Part shown: positions 52,261 through 61,123 of the stretch, in pieces
How the letters are laid out: each line of letters starts with the position of its first letter
Position numbering within the stretch: position 1 is the first letter of the stretch
DNA from: Candidatus Nealsonbacteria bacterium
GTDB lineage: Bacteria > Patescibacteriota > Minisyncoccia > Minisyncoccales > DAOVPY01
Assembly: GCA_030628945.1 (NCBI GenBank)
Contig: DAOVPY010000003.1
Span: forward strand, 1,297-65,296
Length of the DNA stretch: 64,000 nt
Direction: 5' to 3'
Notes under the pieces: model-generated
What the model saw: only the letters and a program-made list of their open reading frames with translations
Database searches by the model: none
Told to the model about the DNA's origin: nothing
Translations under genes and position numbers: made by a program

Positions 52261-52575
52261 TTATAACAAAGAATTGAGTTTGTCAGTCAGGACTTGTTTG
52301 GGCCGCAATCCTGTTGCTCTTTCGATTGGCTTTCCGTCTTTGAAAATAATAATGGTAGGGACACCCAAAATTCCATAGCGCTTCGCGATTTCTGGATATT
52401 CGCCTATGTTCAATTTTCCAACCCTTGCCTCGCCTTCAAATTCTTTAGATAATTCTTCAATAATTGGCCCTATTGCCAGGCAGGGACCGCATCCAGGCAT
52501 CCAAAAATCAACTAAAACTGGTTGAGCGCTTTTTATAACCTCTTTCTCAAAATTTTGATCAGTGAATTCTAACAT
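52261..52575 (-). CDS. trxA: Thioredoxin
   Basis: WMPGCGPC active site; 104 aa. Confidence 0.9.
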   Translation of the reverse strand: MLEFTDQNFEKEVIKSAQPVLVDFWMPGCGPCLAIGPIIEELSKEFEGEARVGKLNIGEYPEIAKRYGILGVPTIIIFKDGKPIERATGLRPKQVLTDKLNSLL

Positions 52576-52576
52576 A

Positions 52577-53401
52577 TTAATCTAATTCAAAATTTAATAA
52601 TTTTCCTTTTGAATACGCTTTTACAAGTTTTTTTGAATATGGGATTTCTTTCTCAATTTTTATTTTATATTTTTTAGCAATTTTCGCAATTTTTCTTTTG
52701 TCTCCCAAATCACTTTGATTTAAAATTATTTTTGTTGGCACTTTTAGCTTTCGGCATAAATCCAGAATTAAATTCAAGTCATAAGCGCCCATTGGAGTTG
52801 GTTCGGTTATTGCGTAAGCCGAATCGCAGCCCATTAAAGCTGAAATCACCGGGCAATGAGTGCCCGGAGCAGTGTCAAATAAAACAAAATCTATTTTTTT
52901 CTTTTTTGCGAAATCTAAAGCAATTTTTTTTGTCTGAGTCACCACGGGTCCAGTTTCTTCAAGCCCGGGATTTGCCTGTCCTGTGAGCAGCCAAAAGTTT
53001 TTCTTAACGGGGTTAATGAAAATTTGTCCGATTTCCTCTTTTTTGGGCTCAATGGCTTTATTCGGACAAACAATCCAGCAGGCGCCGCAGTTAGAACATA
53101 GATTTTTGATAAATACAGGATATTGTCCTTGTCCTTGAAAAACAGCGTTGCTTCGGCAGGTTTTAACGCATAATCCGCATTTTGCGCATTTTGTTTTATT
53201 TAATGTCGGAAATTCGGCATAAATTTTCTCAACCGGTTTCTTTAATTTTTGTCCCAATAACAAATAGCCGTTGGGGCACTCAACATCGCAATCGCAAAGA
53301 AGAACTTGCTTCCCTTTTTTAATTAATTCCCGAGCAAATAAAATGGCGCAGGTAGATTTTCCCGCGCCGCCTTTGCCTCCGGTAATAGCTATTTTCTTCA
53401 T
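52577..53401 (-). CDS. MinD/ParA-type P-loop ATPase with inserted 2x[4Fe-4S] ferredoxin domain (paralogue)
   Basis: TGGKGGAGKS; CAKCGLCVKTC and CSNCGACWIVCP. Confidence 0.8.
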   Translation of the reverse strand: MKKIAITGGKGGAGKSTCAILFARELIKKGKQVLLCDCDVECPNGYLLLGQKLKKPVEKIYAEFPTLNKTKCAKCGLCVKTCRSNAVFQGQGQYPVFIKNLCSNCGACWIVCPNKAIEPKKEEIGQIFINPVKKNFWLLTGQANPGLEETGPVVTQTKKIALDFAKKKKIDFVLFDTAPGTHCPVISALMGCDSAYAITEPTPMGAYDLNLILDLCRKLKVPTKIILNQSDLGDKRKIAKIAKKYKIKIEKEIPYSKKLVKAYSKGKLLNFELD

Positions 53402-53409
53402 ATCAAAAT

Positions 53410-53733
53410 TTACTTTAATTCTCCTTTTTTAAACCTATTCAGGATTTCTTTCACTGTTCCCGAAGCCCCGAAAATTACTTTAATCCCGGATTGTTTTAAA
53501 ACCATTTGAGCGTTTGGGCCAATATTTCCGCAGATAATAAGTTTCGCGCCGGAATCAGCCACAGTTTGAGCGGCCGCAATTCCAGCGCCTCTTTTTGCTT
53601 TTTTAGCCTCATTAGTTATAGCTTTAAATTCTTGGGTTTCGCTGTCAATAATCAAAAAATAAGCGCACCGGCCAAAGACTTGGTCTGCCAAAGAATCTAA
53701 ATCAGGGCCGGTTGCGGCAATACAAATTTTCAT
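53410..53733 (-). CDS. NifB/NifX-family (dinitrogenase FeMo-cofactor-binding fold) protein
   Basis: 107 aa; FGRCAYFLIID...AAQTVADSGAKLIICGNIGPNA. Confidence 0.7.
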   Translation of the reverse strand: MKICIAATGPDLDSLADQVFGRCAYFLIIDSETQEFKAITNEAKKAKRGAGIAAAQTVADSGAKLIICGNIGPNAQMVLKQSGIKVIFGASGTVKEILNRFKKGELK

Positions 53734-53734
53734 G

Positions 53735-53941
53735 TTATTTTTCTCTGGTCATTGGAGCGCCGCAATCAGGGCATTTTTGTTCATAACAAGGGATTCCCCT
53801 CTGGTGAAGAACTTTTTTATTGCATTTACTGCAAACACATTCTCCGTTTGGTCCCAGTCCGAATCCTTCGGGCTGACGGCCCCTTCCTCTGCCCGGAGGA
53901 GAAAATCTACCTGGTCCCAATGGACCTCTTGCATTTGGCAT
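53735..53941 (-). CDS. DUF5320-like small protein
   Basis: Gly/Pro/Arg-rich N-terminus (MPNARGPLGPGRFSPPGRGRG) plus CxxC...CxxC. The other ORFs overlapping this locus are rejected. Confidence 0.55.
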   Translation of the reverse strand: MPNARGPLGPGRFSPPGRGRGRQPEGFGLGPNGECVCSKCNKKVLHQRGIPCYEQKCPDCGAPMTREK

Positions 53942-54000
53942 AATATTAATAATTAATTATCATTATTTACTGCGACCTTACACTTTCATATTAGCACAAA

Positions 54001-54062
54001 CAAAAACCCGAGGCAATAACCACAAACCAGAACGAAGCTCGGTTCACGGTTCTGCTCTCGGG
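54001..54062 (-). terminator. Compound hairpin terminator downstream of the Cys-repeat gene
   Basis: Outer stem cccgag/ctcggg, inner stem cagaac/gttctg, and a T-run on the minus strand. Confidence 0.5.
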
Positions 54063-54204
54063 CGAAAAATCAAAAAGGTTTAACGTTGGATTTTAAATCT
54101 TTTCAGAGGGAGGGTTTTTCTTCTTCTTTTGGAACTTCTTCTTTTGGAATTTCCTCCATAAATTTAAAATTAATCTATGTTAATTAAGAATCTCTTGACC
54201 TTTC

Positions 54205-55368
54205 TCAAAATTCCATAAATTTTAAACATTCCTCATAATGAGCCGGGTCAGCGCAATAGGCCTCGCATTCTTCGGGAGTAGCGCAGCCGCCGGGACCAAT
54301 AAATCCCTCGGGGGGACTCCCGGGAAGACCTTTGGGGGGACTCTCGAGGTGTGGGCTCATATATTTATCAAAACAAGCTCCAATTTGATCTCCCATTTCT
54401 TGAGTAGGCAAGAAAGTCCCGGCTTTAATTTTTTCTAAATTTTCTTTTCCAACCACTGTTTTGATACATTCCAAAGTTTCGGAATTAGCTTGTGCTAAAC
54501 CCTGTTTTAGTCTTGCTGCTCCCTCTTTTATCTCTTGAAGTTTTTCCGGCGGAATTAAGTCGTGGTCTAAAGCAAATTGAAAACAAATTTCCTGATTGGC
54601 AGGGTTATTGCAAAAAGCGTCGCACTCAATTTTTGATTTACAGCCGCCCGGTCCCTTGCCTTTGGTTTTTCGAAACATCTTCAACTCTTCTTGGGTCATT
54701 AACCCGGCTTTTTGGGCGAATTGGATACATTCTTCCACGTGGTTCTCGTCAGCGCAATAGGTCTCGCATTCTTCTTTTGATTTACAGCCGCCGGGACTCT
54801 CTCCTTTTGCCATTAAAGGCATTACTTTTTCTGCTTGAGCCGCTTCTTCCGCAGAAATTAAACCGGCCTTTCTGGCAAACTGAATGCATTCTTGCATATG
54901 GGCTGGCTTTGAACAATAAGCATCACATTTTTTTTTAGTTCCACAATTGCCCGGTAATGGAATTCCAGCCAGCAAAGCTTTTCTTACCTGTCTCGCTTCT
55001 GCTGCTTCGGATGGGGGTATAATTCCGGCTTTCTCGGCAAAAGTTATGCATTCTTCTATCAGAGTGGGTTCTTCGCAATAGGCCTTACATTGAGTCGGAT
55101 TCAAACATCCGCCGGGCGGCACCGCCCCTCCGGCCAAGGCCTTTATTATTTTTTTAGCTTCTGCTAATTCTTCCGGCGACAATAAGTTGTGCGCTTCAGC
55201 AAAAGATACACACTCTTCAATGTTTTCCCAGCTATCGCAATAAGCCTGACATTCATCTTCATTCTGACAATTTCCTAATTCCTCTACCGGATAATTTATT
55301 TCGGCAAAAACAAAAACCCCGGCTAACAGTCCAAAAAAGAAGATAACTAATAAAAATATTTTTCGCAT
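54205..55368 (-). CDS. Secreted protein with six tandem Cx5Cx3Cx8C repeats
   Basis: Signal/anchor IFLLVIFFFGLLAGVFVFA. Repeats of the form GGC.....C..YC........EC..FA.KAGL, each about 45-50 aa. Confidence 0.75.
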   Translation of the reverse strand: MRKIFLLVIFFFGLLAGVFVFAEINYPVEELGNCQNEDECQAYCDSWENIEECVSFAEAHNLLSPEELAEAKKIIKALAGGAVPPGGCLNPTQCKAYCEEPTLIEECITFAEKAGIIPPSEAAEARQVRKALLAGIPLPGNCGTKKKCDAYCSKPAHMQECIQFARKAGLISAEEAAQAEKVMPLMAKGESPGGCKSKEECETYCADENHVEECIQFAQKAGLMTQEELKMFRKTKGKGPGGCKSKIECDAFCNNPANQEICFQFALDHDLIPPEKLQEIKEGAARLKQGLAQANSETLECIKTVVGKENLEKIKAGTFLPTQEMGDQIGACFDKYMSPHLESPPKGLPGSPPEGFIGPGGCATPEECEAYCADPAHYEECLKFMEF

Positions 55369-55378
55369 AAATTAATAT

Positions 55379-55660
55379 TTACTCAAAAGGGTTTATTTTC
55401 AGTCCTTCAAAAGGATTAATTTTGGTCTTAAAAGGGTTGATTTGAGGGATTTTTTCCGCCGGGTTTCGGACCATTTCATAAATTTTTGCGCCAAAGGTTG
55501 CGGATTTTTCTTTCTCCATGAGTTCTAATTGAATATCGGGTCCTTTTTCTGGAAAATATAAAACACCCCAGACCACTAAGGATAGAACCACAATAATTAA
55601 TAATATTTTTTTATTAGCCGCCATCTCTTTCATTTTATCAGAATATTTTTCAAAGCTCAA
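55379..55660 (-). CDS. Small membrane-anchored protein with C-terminal INPF x3
   Basis: TM ILLIIVVLSLVVWGVLYF; C-terminus QINPFKTKINPFEGLKINPFE. Confidence 0.5.
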   Translation of the reverse strand: MSFEKYSDKMKEMAANKKILLIIVVLSLVVWGVLYFPEKGPDIQLELMEKEKSATFGAKIYEMVRNPAEKIPQINPFKTKINPFEGLKINPFE

Positions 55661-55763
55661 TTTTAGTTATCCACAGCCCCAAGGAAGATTGACTTTTTCT
55701 AAAATAGTGTTAGAATTAAACATTAATATAAAATAGTTCTTTTTAATTAAAACGGAGGAGGAA

Positions 55764-56132
55764 ATGGAAAAAACAAAAAGAGATGTACAGACGGGAGTAT
55801 TTATCCATCACATTTATGAGTTCAAAAAAGGGCTCAGGGATATTGTTTTGTGCACAGTGGATAAATCATTAAAGAAAACAATAGCAGATAGATTAAAAAC
55901 AGAAGAAATAGATTATCTTATTTATCCTGTCGGAGATAAGAAAATTAATATTTTTTTCGGAAACAATTCCTGTATAAGGACGATAGAGACCATTGGCAAA
56001 GAAAGGCTGCAGGATTACACAGACGAGGAAGATTTTATTTTAGGCATAATGCTTGGTTACGATATAGTGAAACAATGCGACAGATTTATAAGAAGGAAAA
56101 GGGATATTGAGACAGGGGGCAGCATTGGTTGA
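55764..56132 (+). CDS. DUF2023-like protein
   Basis: GVFIHHIYEFKKGLRDIVLCT resembles the DUF2023 N-terminus (family recall). Preceded by a strong SD, ggaggagg. Confidence 0.45.
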   Translation: MEKTKRDVQTGVFIHHIYEFKKGLRDIVLCTVDKSLKKTIADRLKTEEIDYLIYPVGDKKINIFFGNNSCIRTIETIGKERLQDYTDEEDFILGIMLGYDIVKQCDRFIRRKRDIETGGSIG

Positions 56133-56139
56133 TTTTTTT

Positions 56140-56166
56140 AAAAAGTGTTCATGGGGACACTTTTTT
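56140..56166. terminator. Hairpin terminator
   Basis: aaaagtgttc-atgg-ggacactttt followed by tt. Confidence 0.65.
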
Positions 56167-56178
56167 CATTTCAAAAAT

Positions 56179-56206
56179 AAAAAGCAGGGGATAGCCCCTG
56201 CTTTTT
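56179..56206. terminator. Hairpin terminator, copy 1 of a repeated sequence
   Basis: aaaaagcagggg-atag-cccctgcttttt. Nearly identical to the copy at 61124-61150. Confidence 0.75.
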
Positions 56207-56239
56207 ATTTCCTTATTTTATACATAGAGATTCAAGCGC

Positions 56240-57274
56240 TTAAAACGATTCAGAACTTTGAACCTCAGCTTTCTCTTTCTCTAATTCCTGTTGAACTTTC
56301 CTTTGGATTCTCTCTCTTACCTCTTTTGGAACCTCCATTGGCAGGGGAACTTCTTCCGGAACTTCATCCAAAGCATCTTTTGCTTTTAATGTTTCAACCG
56401 CTTTTTTGTGTCCTTTTACTGAAACTTCCATTGCCCTTTCAATGGCATTTTCAATGGCTGGTTTTGCCTGCTCGGGAATTTTTTCATGAACTTCAGCTAA
56501 AATCTTTAGATGGATGGAAGTAGCTCTTCCAACCAATTGTTCCACAGTGGTTATGTCTTTGCCAACTCCTTGAGCAATGTGAGAGATTTCTTCTCCGAAC
56601 TTATACTGATTCTCAAACTCTCCCATGGCTTCTTCCGCGTCTTCGGTATCGCCTTTCTCTGCTTTAGATTTAGCTTTATTTAATCTGGCTTCAGCTGCTT
56701 TTAAGTTGATTTCAGTGGCGCTTTCCGGATCTTCTTCAGCTAAAGCTCTTAAAGCGTTCTTCTGGCCATTCATTGACACCTCTTTGGCTTTGGTTGCAGC
56801 TTCTTTGGCTTTTTCCGAAACCTTTTCTAAGATGTTCTCTATTATTGTTAAGTGTTTTCCCGTTCCTTCAGCCACAATTTTCATAACATTTTTAACGCTC
56901 TTGTCTTTATCTTTCGCTTTTTCTGCTCTGGCTAAAGCTTTATTCAGCTGCATTTCATATCTTTGAAGAGTTTTTTCTACAAATTCCGGTTTTCCTTTTT
57001 CTACCAGGGCTTCTGCTTCAGCCACTCTTTCAGCGGAAAGGGCGGCATATCTTTCGGCTTTTTTGAGGTCGCTAAAAGTAAAGAAAGTGACAATGTCTTC
57101 CGCGATTGTCTCCAGAAAATAGAAAGGACTGTCAGGAGTGAGTCCCGGGTTTGGAAGTTCTGTTCCTTGGGCTAAAACGCCTGTTCCGAGAGAGAACAGA
57201 AATAGTAAAGTTATTAAAAAAGATATTGCTTTCATATTTTTTTTATTACTTCTTATGTTTTGCCGACCTTTCAT
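56240..57274 (-). CDS. DUF5667-like secreted helical protein
   Basis: Signal peptide, then PGLTPDSPFYFLETIAEDIVTFFTF...AERYAALSAERVAEAEAL, typical of DUF5667 (family recall). Confidence 0.55.
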   Translation of the reverse strand: MKGRQNIRSNKKNMKAISFLITLLFLFSLGTGVLAQGTELPNPGLTPDSPFYFLETIAEDIVTFFTFSDLKKAERYAALSAERVAEAEALVEKGKPEFVEKTLQRYEMQLNKALARAEKAKDKDKSVKNVMKIVAEGTGKHLTIIENILEKVSEKAKEAATKAKEVSMNGQKNALRALAEEDPESATEINLKAAEARLNKAKSKAEKGDTEDAEEAMGEFENQYKFGEEISHIAQGVGKDITTVEQLVGRATSIHLKILAEVHEKIPEQAKPAIENAIERAMEVSVKGHKKAVETLKAKDALDEVPEEVPLPMEVPKEVRERIQRKVQQELEKEKAEVQSSESF

Positions 57275-57278
57275 TTTT

Positions 57279-57284
57279 ATTATA
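57279..57284 (-). promoter_or_regulatory. -10 box TATAAT, 4 nt upstream of the ATG (leaderless-type)
   Basis: Minus strand reads ...ggcggctttttgcTATAATaaaaATGaaagg. Confidence 0.5.
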
Positions 57285-57286
57285 GC

Positions 57287-57314
57287 AAAAAGCCGCCTCT
57301 CTGGCGAGGCGGCT
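57287..57314 (-). terminator. Intrinsic terminator after the PD-(D/E)XK gene
   Basis: agccgcctc/gaggcggct 9-bp stem with a T-run on the minus strand. A degenerate copy lies at 59671-59697. Confidence 0.7.
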
Positions 57315-57315
57315 G

Positions 57316-58077
57316 TTAAAAATTCTTGCTTTGTTCATTTATTGAATTGATGTAATTACAATAATCGCAATCAGGATTAGGTTCCGGGATTTTATCGCTG
57401 TTTAAACATTTGTGAATGTTTAAAATTGTTTTTTCAACCCATAAATCTTTGCCTTGATAGGGGATTAAAGTTATATCAAATTCCAGCTTTTTATCAAGCG
57501 CCTTTTTATTTGCTTTGCCGTTGCAATATACAAAATAGCCAATATCAGAAACTTCGTAATGGTTTTGCCTTAAAAGCCACTGATAAATTTCCATCTGCCT
57601 TTTGTAGCCCTTGTGCCATTCCTTGTCCAGCTCTTTTATCTCTTCTCTTTTGGCTGTTGCTTTATATTCAGCCACAATAAACTCGTTTTTGGAATTTTGC
57701 CATAAATCGTCAATAGCGCCAAAAATTAAAAAATTAGTTGCTTCGTGCAAAAATTGCACGCCTGTAAAATTATTTCGCCATTTTTCCAAATCCTTATGGG
57801 GTATTGGACGCGCGTCAATGCCGTATTTTTCAATCAAGGGGTGTTTCGTCCCGTTGGCGCGATAAATATCAAATTCCTTTTTGAGCAGAGCGTCAACAGC
57901 CGCGTTAAGCGTAAACGGAAAACCCGGGGGCCTGCCGACCCCGAGCCGCCTGTCCAGATAAAAACACCGCGGACAATTCAAAAACAGGTCAATCTTTGAC
58001 CGGGACAGCCTAAACGGTTCTTTTAGGTCGGGAGTATATAATCCCGTTGTTCTTTGCGGATTATAATATTGAGACAT
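57316..58077 (-). CDS. PD-(D/E)XK nuclease, Cas4/AddB-like with Cys cluster
   Basis: N-terminal CPRCFY, core GAIDDL...VAEYKAT, QMEIYQWL, and C-terminal CDYCNY. Confidence 0.7.
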   Translation of the reverse strand: MSQYYNPQRTTGLYTPDLKEPFRLSRSKIDLFLNCPRCFYLDRRLGVGRPPGFPFTLNAAVDALLKKEFDIYRANGTKHPLIEKYGIDARPIPHKDLEKWRNNFTGVQFLHEATNFLIFGAIDDLWQNSKNEFIVAEYKATAKREEIKELDKEWHKGYKRQMEIYQWLLRQNHYEVSDIGYFVYCNGKANKKALDKKLEFDITLIPYQGKDLWVEKTILNIHKCLNSDKIPEPNPDCDYCNYINSINEQSKNF

Positions 58078-58128
58078 ATTAATTTGGCGAACAGAGCGGA
58101 TAAAAAATAGAGTTGGCGCCGTTTTTTT

Positions 58129-58980
58129 TCACTTTTCCAGTAAAATTCTTGCTTCTTTAATTAACGGATAAAAACGTTTTATCGGTATTTTAAATTTTTT
58201 GGCAAGTTTTTGAAAGTCAATTTTTAAAACATCTTCCACTAACATTATTTTTTCCGAGATAAAGATGTCTTTCAGGCGCCCCCTTGAGGAGGGGAGAATA
58301 GTAATGGGATAAAATTTTTCTTTCTCTATCAAATGTTCCAATCCTTTATTTTTGGGATAGCTCCAGCCCAAGAGAGCGGCTCCCGCGCAAAGAGAATAAT
58401 CTATTGCCCGGCTGGTGAATTTTGTATTCGTAACCATCATTGTTTTTACCTTAATGCCTCGGTATTTTTTTGATTTAAAATAGGGGCCTTTTAAAATATC
58501 TAAAAAGCGCGCGTAATTTGCCAGAGCGTCCTTTGAATGTACTCTTTCTCCGGCAACATTCCGATATTTGCATTCCCCGACGTATATTAAGTTTCCTTTT
58601 CTGGCTAAAAAATCTATTTCAAAAGATTTGAGGCAAAGACCCGGCAGATATTGGTTAATTTTTGTCTCAAAACCTAATTTTTTGAAAATCTCGCTGATAA
58701 ATTTTTCAAAAGGAAAGCCGGTAGGCCCTAATTTTCTCATGCCATCCTTTAGATTGAATCTTATGGCGGCTCTCGGAATTTTTCCGCGAAGCAATTTTTT
58801 TACTTTTTTGAAAATTTTTGAGGTTTTAATTCCGGAATAGGCCTCTTTTTCAATAGATTCCGCGATTTTTCTTGCCAATTCTTTGTTGGCTCCGACCCGC
58901 CTTGCCGATTTATATATTTTTTGCAAAGAAAATAATTCCCTTTCTCCTCTTGAATTTATAATGTATGAAGAATGAGCCAT
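58129..58980 (-). CDS. ATP-cone domain protein fused to a restriction-endonuclease-like (Mrr/PD-ExK) domain
   Basis: The N-terminal 90 aa are ATP-cone-like (RGERELFSLQKIYKSARRVG...). Nuclease core EIDFLARKGNLIYVGECKYR. Confidence 0.6.
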   Translation of the reverse strand: MAHSSYIINSRGERELFSLQKIYKSARRVGANKELARKIAESIEKEAYSGIKTSKIFKKVKKLLRGKIPRAAIRFNLKDGMRKLGPTGFPFEKFISEIFKKLGFETKINQYLPGLCLKSFEIDFLARKGNLIYVGECKYRNVAGERVHSKDALANYARFLDILKGPYFKSKKYRGIKVKTMMVTNTKFTSRAIDYSLCAGAALLGWSYPKNKGLEHLIEKEKFYPITILPSSRGRLKDIFISEKIMLVEDVLKIDFQKLAKKFKIPIKRFYPLIKEARILLEK

Positions 58981-58983
58981 TAC

Positions 58984-59652
58984 TTATAGTAGTTTAAAAT
59001 TATTGATTACCAGTCCGAATTTATAACCTAAATATGCCGCCGCTTTACGGCAGTAAATCATTCTCTCGGTAAAAATTTCAAAATACTCCATTATTGGCGT
59101 GAAATTGGTGTCAATTTTAAGACTCAGGGTAATTCGTTTGCTTTTTTTGTTAATGCCCAAGCGGGAAGACCTGGTCGCAAAGTTAACCCTGTTATGAATG
59201 TCGCTTTTTATTTTTTTCATGTCCTTTACAATTACTCTGGACCGGCGGACATCTGATTTGTCGGCCAAAACAACGATTGCCGAGACGGAGTTGGAAAACT
59301 CCATTTTATATTTATCGTGATTGGCGATTGCCTGCATGATTAAAGATGATTCTTTCGGCGAGAAATCATTTATGAACAACTGATGGAAAATCAGGGCTCC
59401 CAGGTAATTATGGTAAGTCCGGCTCAAAAAATTGGCAAAATCATGAGTAAAGCCGGCAATTGCCGCAAGTTCCTGGCTTCTTTTTGACAAACCGGTTTCT
59501 CTGGCAACCGTCCTTGCCCTTGTCGCCACCAATTTTGCGTGCCTCAAGCCGTGGTCAGTGTAATTATGAATTTTTAAACACGCCTCTGTTTGATTGAGAA
59601 ATTCCAAAACACAAGGATTTTTTTGAATTTCTTTTAATGTTAATTCTTTCAT
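58984..59652 (-). CDS. HD-domain phosphohydrolase
   Basis: H...HD pattern (DHGLRHAKLVA ... GFTHDFANF ... NHD). Confidence 0.65.
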   Translation of the reverse strand: MKELTLKEIQKNPCVLEFLNQTEACLKIHNYTDHGLRHAKLVATRARTVARETGLSKRSQELAAIAGFTHDFANFLSRTYHNYLGALIFHQLFINDFSPKESSLIMQAIANHDKYKMEFSNSVSAIVVLADKSDVRRSRVIVKDMKKIKSDIHNRVNFATRSSRLGINKKSKRITLSLKIDTNFTPIMEYFEIFTERMIYCRKAAAYLGYKFGLVINNFKLL

Positions 59653-59658
59653 TCTTTC

Positions 59659-59667
59659 ATTCTATCA
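59659..59667 (-). promoter_or_regulatory. Extended -10 (TGaTAGAAT), 6 nt upstream of the ATG
   Basis: Minus strand reads ttttTGaTAGAATgaaagaATG. Confidence 0.5.
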
Positions 59668-59718
59668 AAAAACCGTGCCTTTGGCGAGGCGGCTGTCAAA
59701 AATCCCTGCTCCATTTTT

Positions 59719-61083
59719 CTATTTCAAATGATGCAAGGCCTCTTTGGTGTAAATATTTAAAGGATTCCAAAGCAGCCAGCCGGACGTTCCGGAATCTTCC
59801 GCCGCTTTAATTTGAGCTTTTATTTTTTCAGCATCGTAAGAGATACCCCTTTCGGTATCAACTTTTAGGTTAAAATTTTGAAGCCAGGGACGAATTTTTG
59901 CCTTAGGGCAAAATAAAAAAGAAAATCCCTTGCCCATGCATTGTGGTTGAAGTTCATTTTGAGAATAAAATAATGAGAGATAGTCAAAGCCGGAAAAGAC
60001 AGACCGTAGGATTATTTCATAGGGATTGTTAGAAACCACTTTAGTAATATCTTCGTTTTCATAAGGGAAATATATTCCGGAAAGCTGGCGTTTTGAATCT
60101 TCTTCCATCGCAAACCCGTTAAAAAAATGGCTGGGATAAAGCATGAAAGAAACATAATCAAATACATCAACAACATCGGCAAGATTCTGCCCGATTGCCG
60201 AAGAAACGGGCCGGGTGGCTGTTTCTCCAAAAAGGTCAATAGAAAGAATAATGCAGGGTTTATAATCCCTTAAATTGTTTCTTATTTTTAAATAAAAATC
60301 TCTGATAATTTCTTGTTTTTTCTTTTCATTCGCGTTATAAACTGGATAAACCGCGCTCCCGTCCTTAACCGGAAAGCGAACATAATCAAATTGAAGTTCG
60401 TCAAATTCAAAATCAATTACTTTATAAGATAAATCAAGAAGATATTTTTGAACCTGGGAACTGGCAGGATCAAGCCAATAATATCCCTTTTCATCCCTCC
60501 AAAGAGTCCCGTCTTTCTTTTTAAGGTAAAGTTTGGGTTTTTCGTTAATCAAAGAAGAATCGCGAAAAGCCACGAATCTGGCAATAACCCAAATATTTTC
60601 TTGGTGCAGTTCGTTGATTAATTTTTGCAGAGGATTTGACAATTTAAATCCATCTACTTCTTTTACATCTATCACTACCGCGTTAATCTCGGTTTCATCT
60701 ATAAGTTTCTTAATGTCTTGTAAAATTTTTGTGGCGTATAAATCTTGAGGCCTGGCATTGGCGATAACTTTGGTTATATAAATTCCTTTTTTGTCGCTTG
60801 AAAGTTCAAGAACTTTTTTCCTCACGCTGTATTCCTCATTAAATTTTTTAATCATTTCAACGGGATTGAGTTCCGCTTTTTCAACCGGCTCTTTGCTTTT
60901 GATCGCCTCTTCCGCTAATTTTTCTTTAAGATTTTTTATTTTTTCTTCAGCGATTTTTTCATTCTCGGTTCTTTCTAATTTAGCTATCCGAAGTTCCTGA
61001 TTTATTTGATAAAATTCAAGTCCTCCCCAAGAAATTCCAATAAAAATGCATACGAGTAAAATTATTTTAGATAATTTTTCCAT
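59719..61083 (-). CDS. Membrane-anchored putative glycoside-hydrolase-like TIM-barrel protein (DUF4015/GHL type)
   Basis: N-terminal TM, coiled coil, then VVIDVKEVDG...WLDP...FDELQFDYVRFP (family recall). Confidence 0.5.
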   Translation of the reverse strand: MEKLSKIILLVCIFIGISWGGLEFYQINQELRIAKLERTENEKIAEEKIKNLKEKLAEEAIKSKEPVEKAELNPVEMIKKFNEEYSVRKKVLELSSDKKGIYITKVIANARPQDLYATKILQDIKKLIDETEINAVVIDVKEVDGFKLSNPLQKLINELHQENIWVIARFVAFRDSSLINEKPKLYLKKKDGTLWRDEKGYYWLDPASSQVQKYLLDLSYKVIDFEFDELQFDYVRFPVKDGSAVYPVYNANEKKKQEIIRDFYLKIRNNLRDYKPCIILSIDLFGETATRPVSSAIGQNLADVVDVFDYVSFMLYPSHFFNGFAMEEDSKRQLSGIYFPYENEDITKVVSNNPYEIILRSVFSGFDYLSLFYSQNELQPQCMGKGFSFLFCPKAKIRPWLQNFNLKVDTERGISYDAEKIKAQIKAAEDSGTSGWLLWNPLNIYTKEALHHLK

Positions 61084-61089
61084 AATTTT

Positions 61090-61098
61090 ATTCTACCA
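61090..61098 (-). promoter_or_regulatory. Extended -10 (TGgTAGAAT), 6 nt upstream of the ATG
   Basis: Minus strand reads ttttTGgTAGAATaaaattATG. The flanking sequence is shared with the 59659 promoter. Confidence 0.5.
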
Positions 61099-61123
61099 AA
61101 AAACCGCTTTCTTGGCAAAAACA

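Noticed and set aside
53749-53956. Three alternative ORFs overlapping the DUF5320-like gene.
   Set aside because: Only the 53735..53941 minus-strand frame gives the Gly/Arg-rich N-terminus plus CxxC..CxxC pattern and fits the operon spacing.
54100-54162. An 18-codon minus-strand ORF (MEEIPKEEVPKEEEKPSL) over a ttcttcttttggaa direct repeat.
   Set aside because: It is too short and has no supporting signals. The repeat is noted but not called as a gene.
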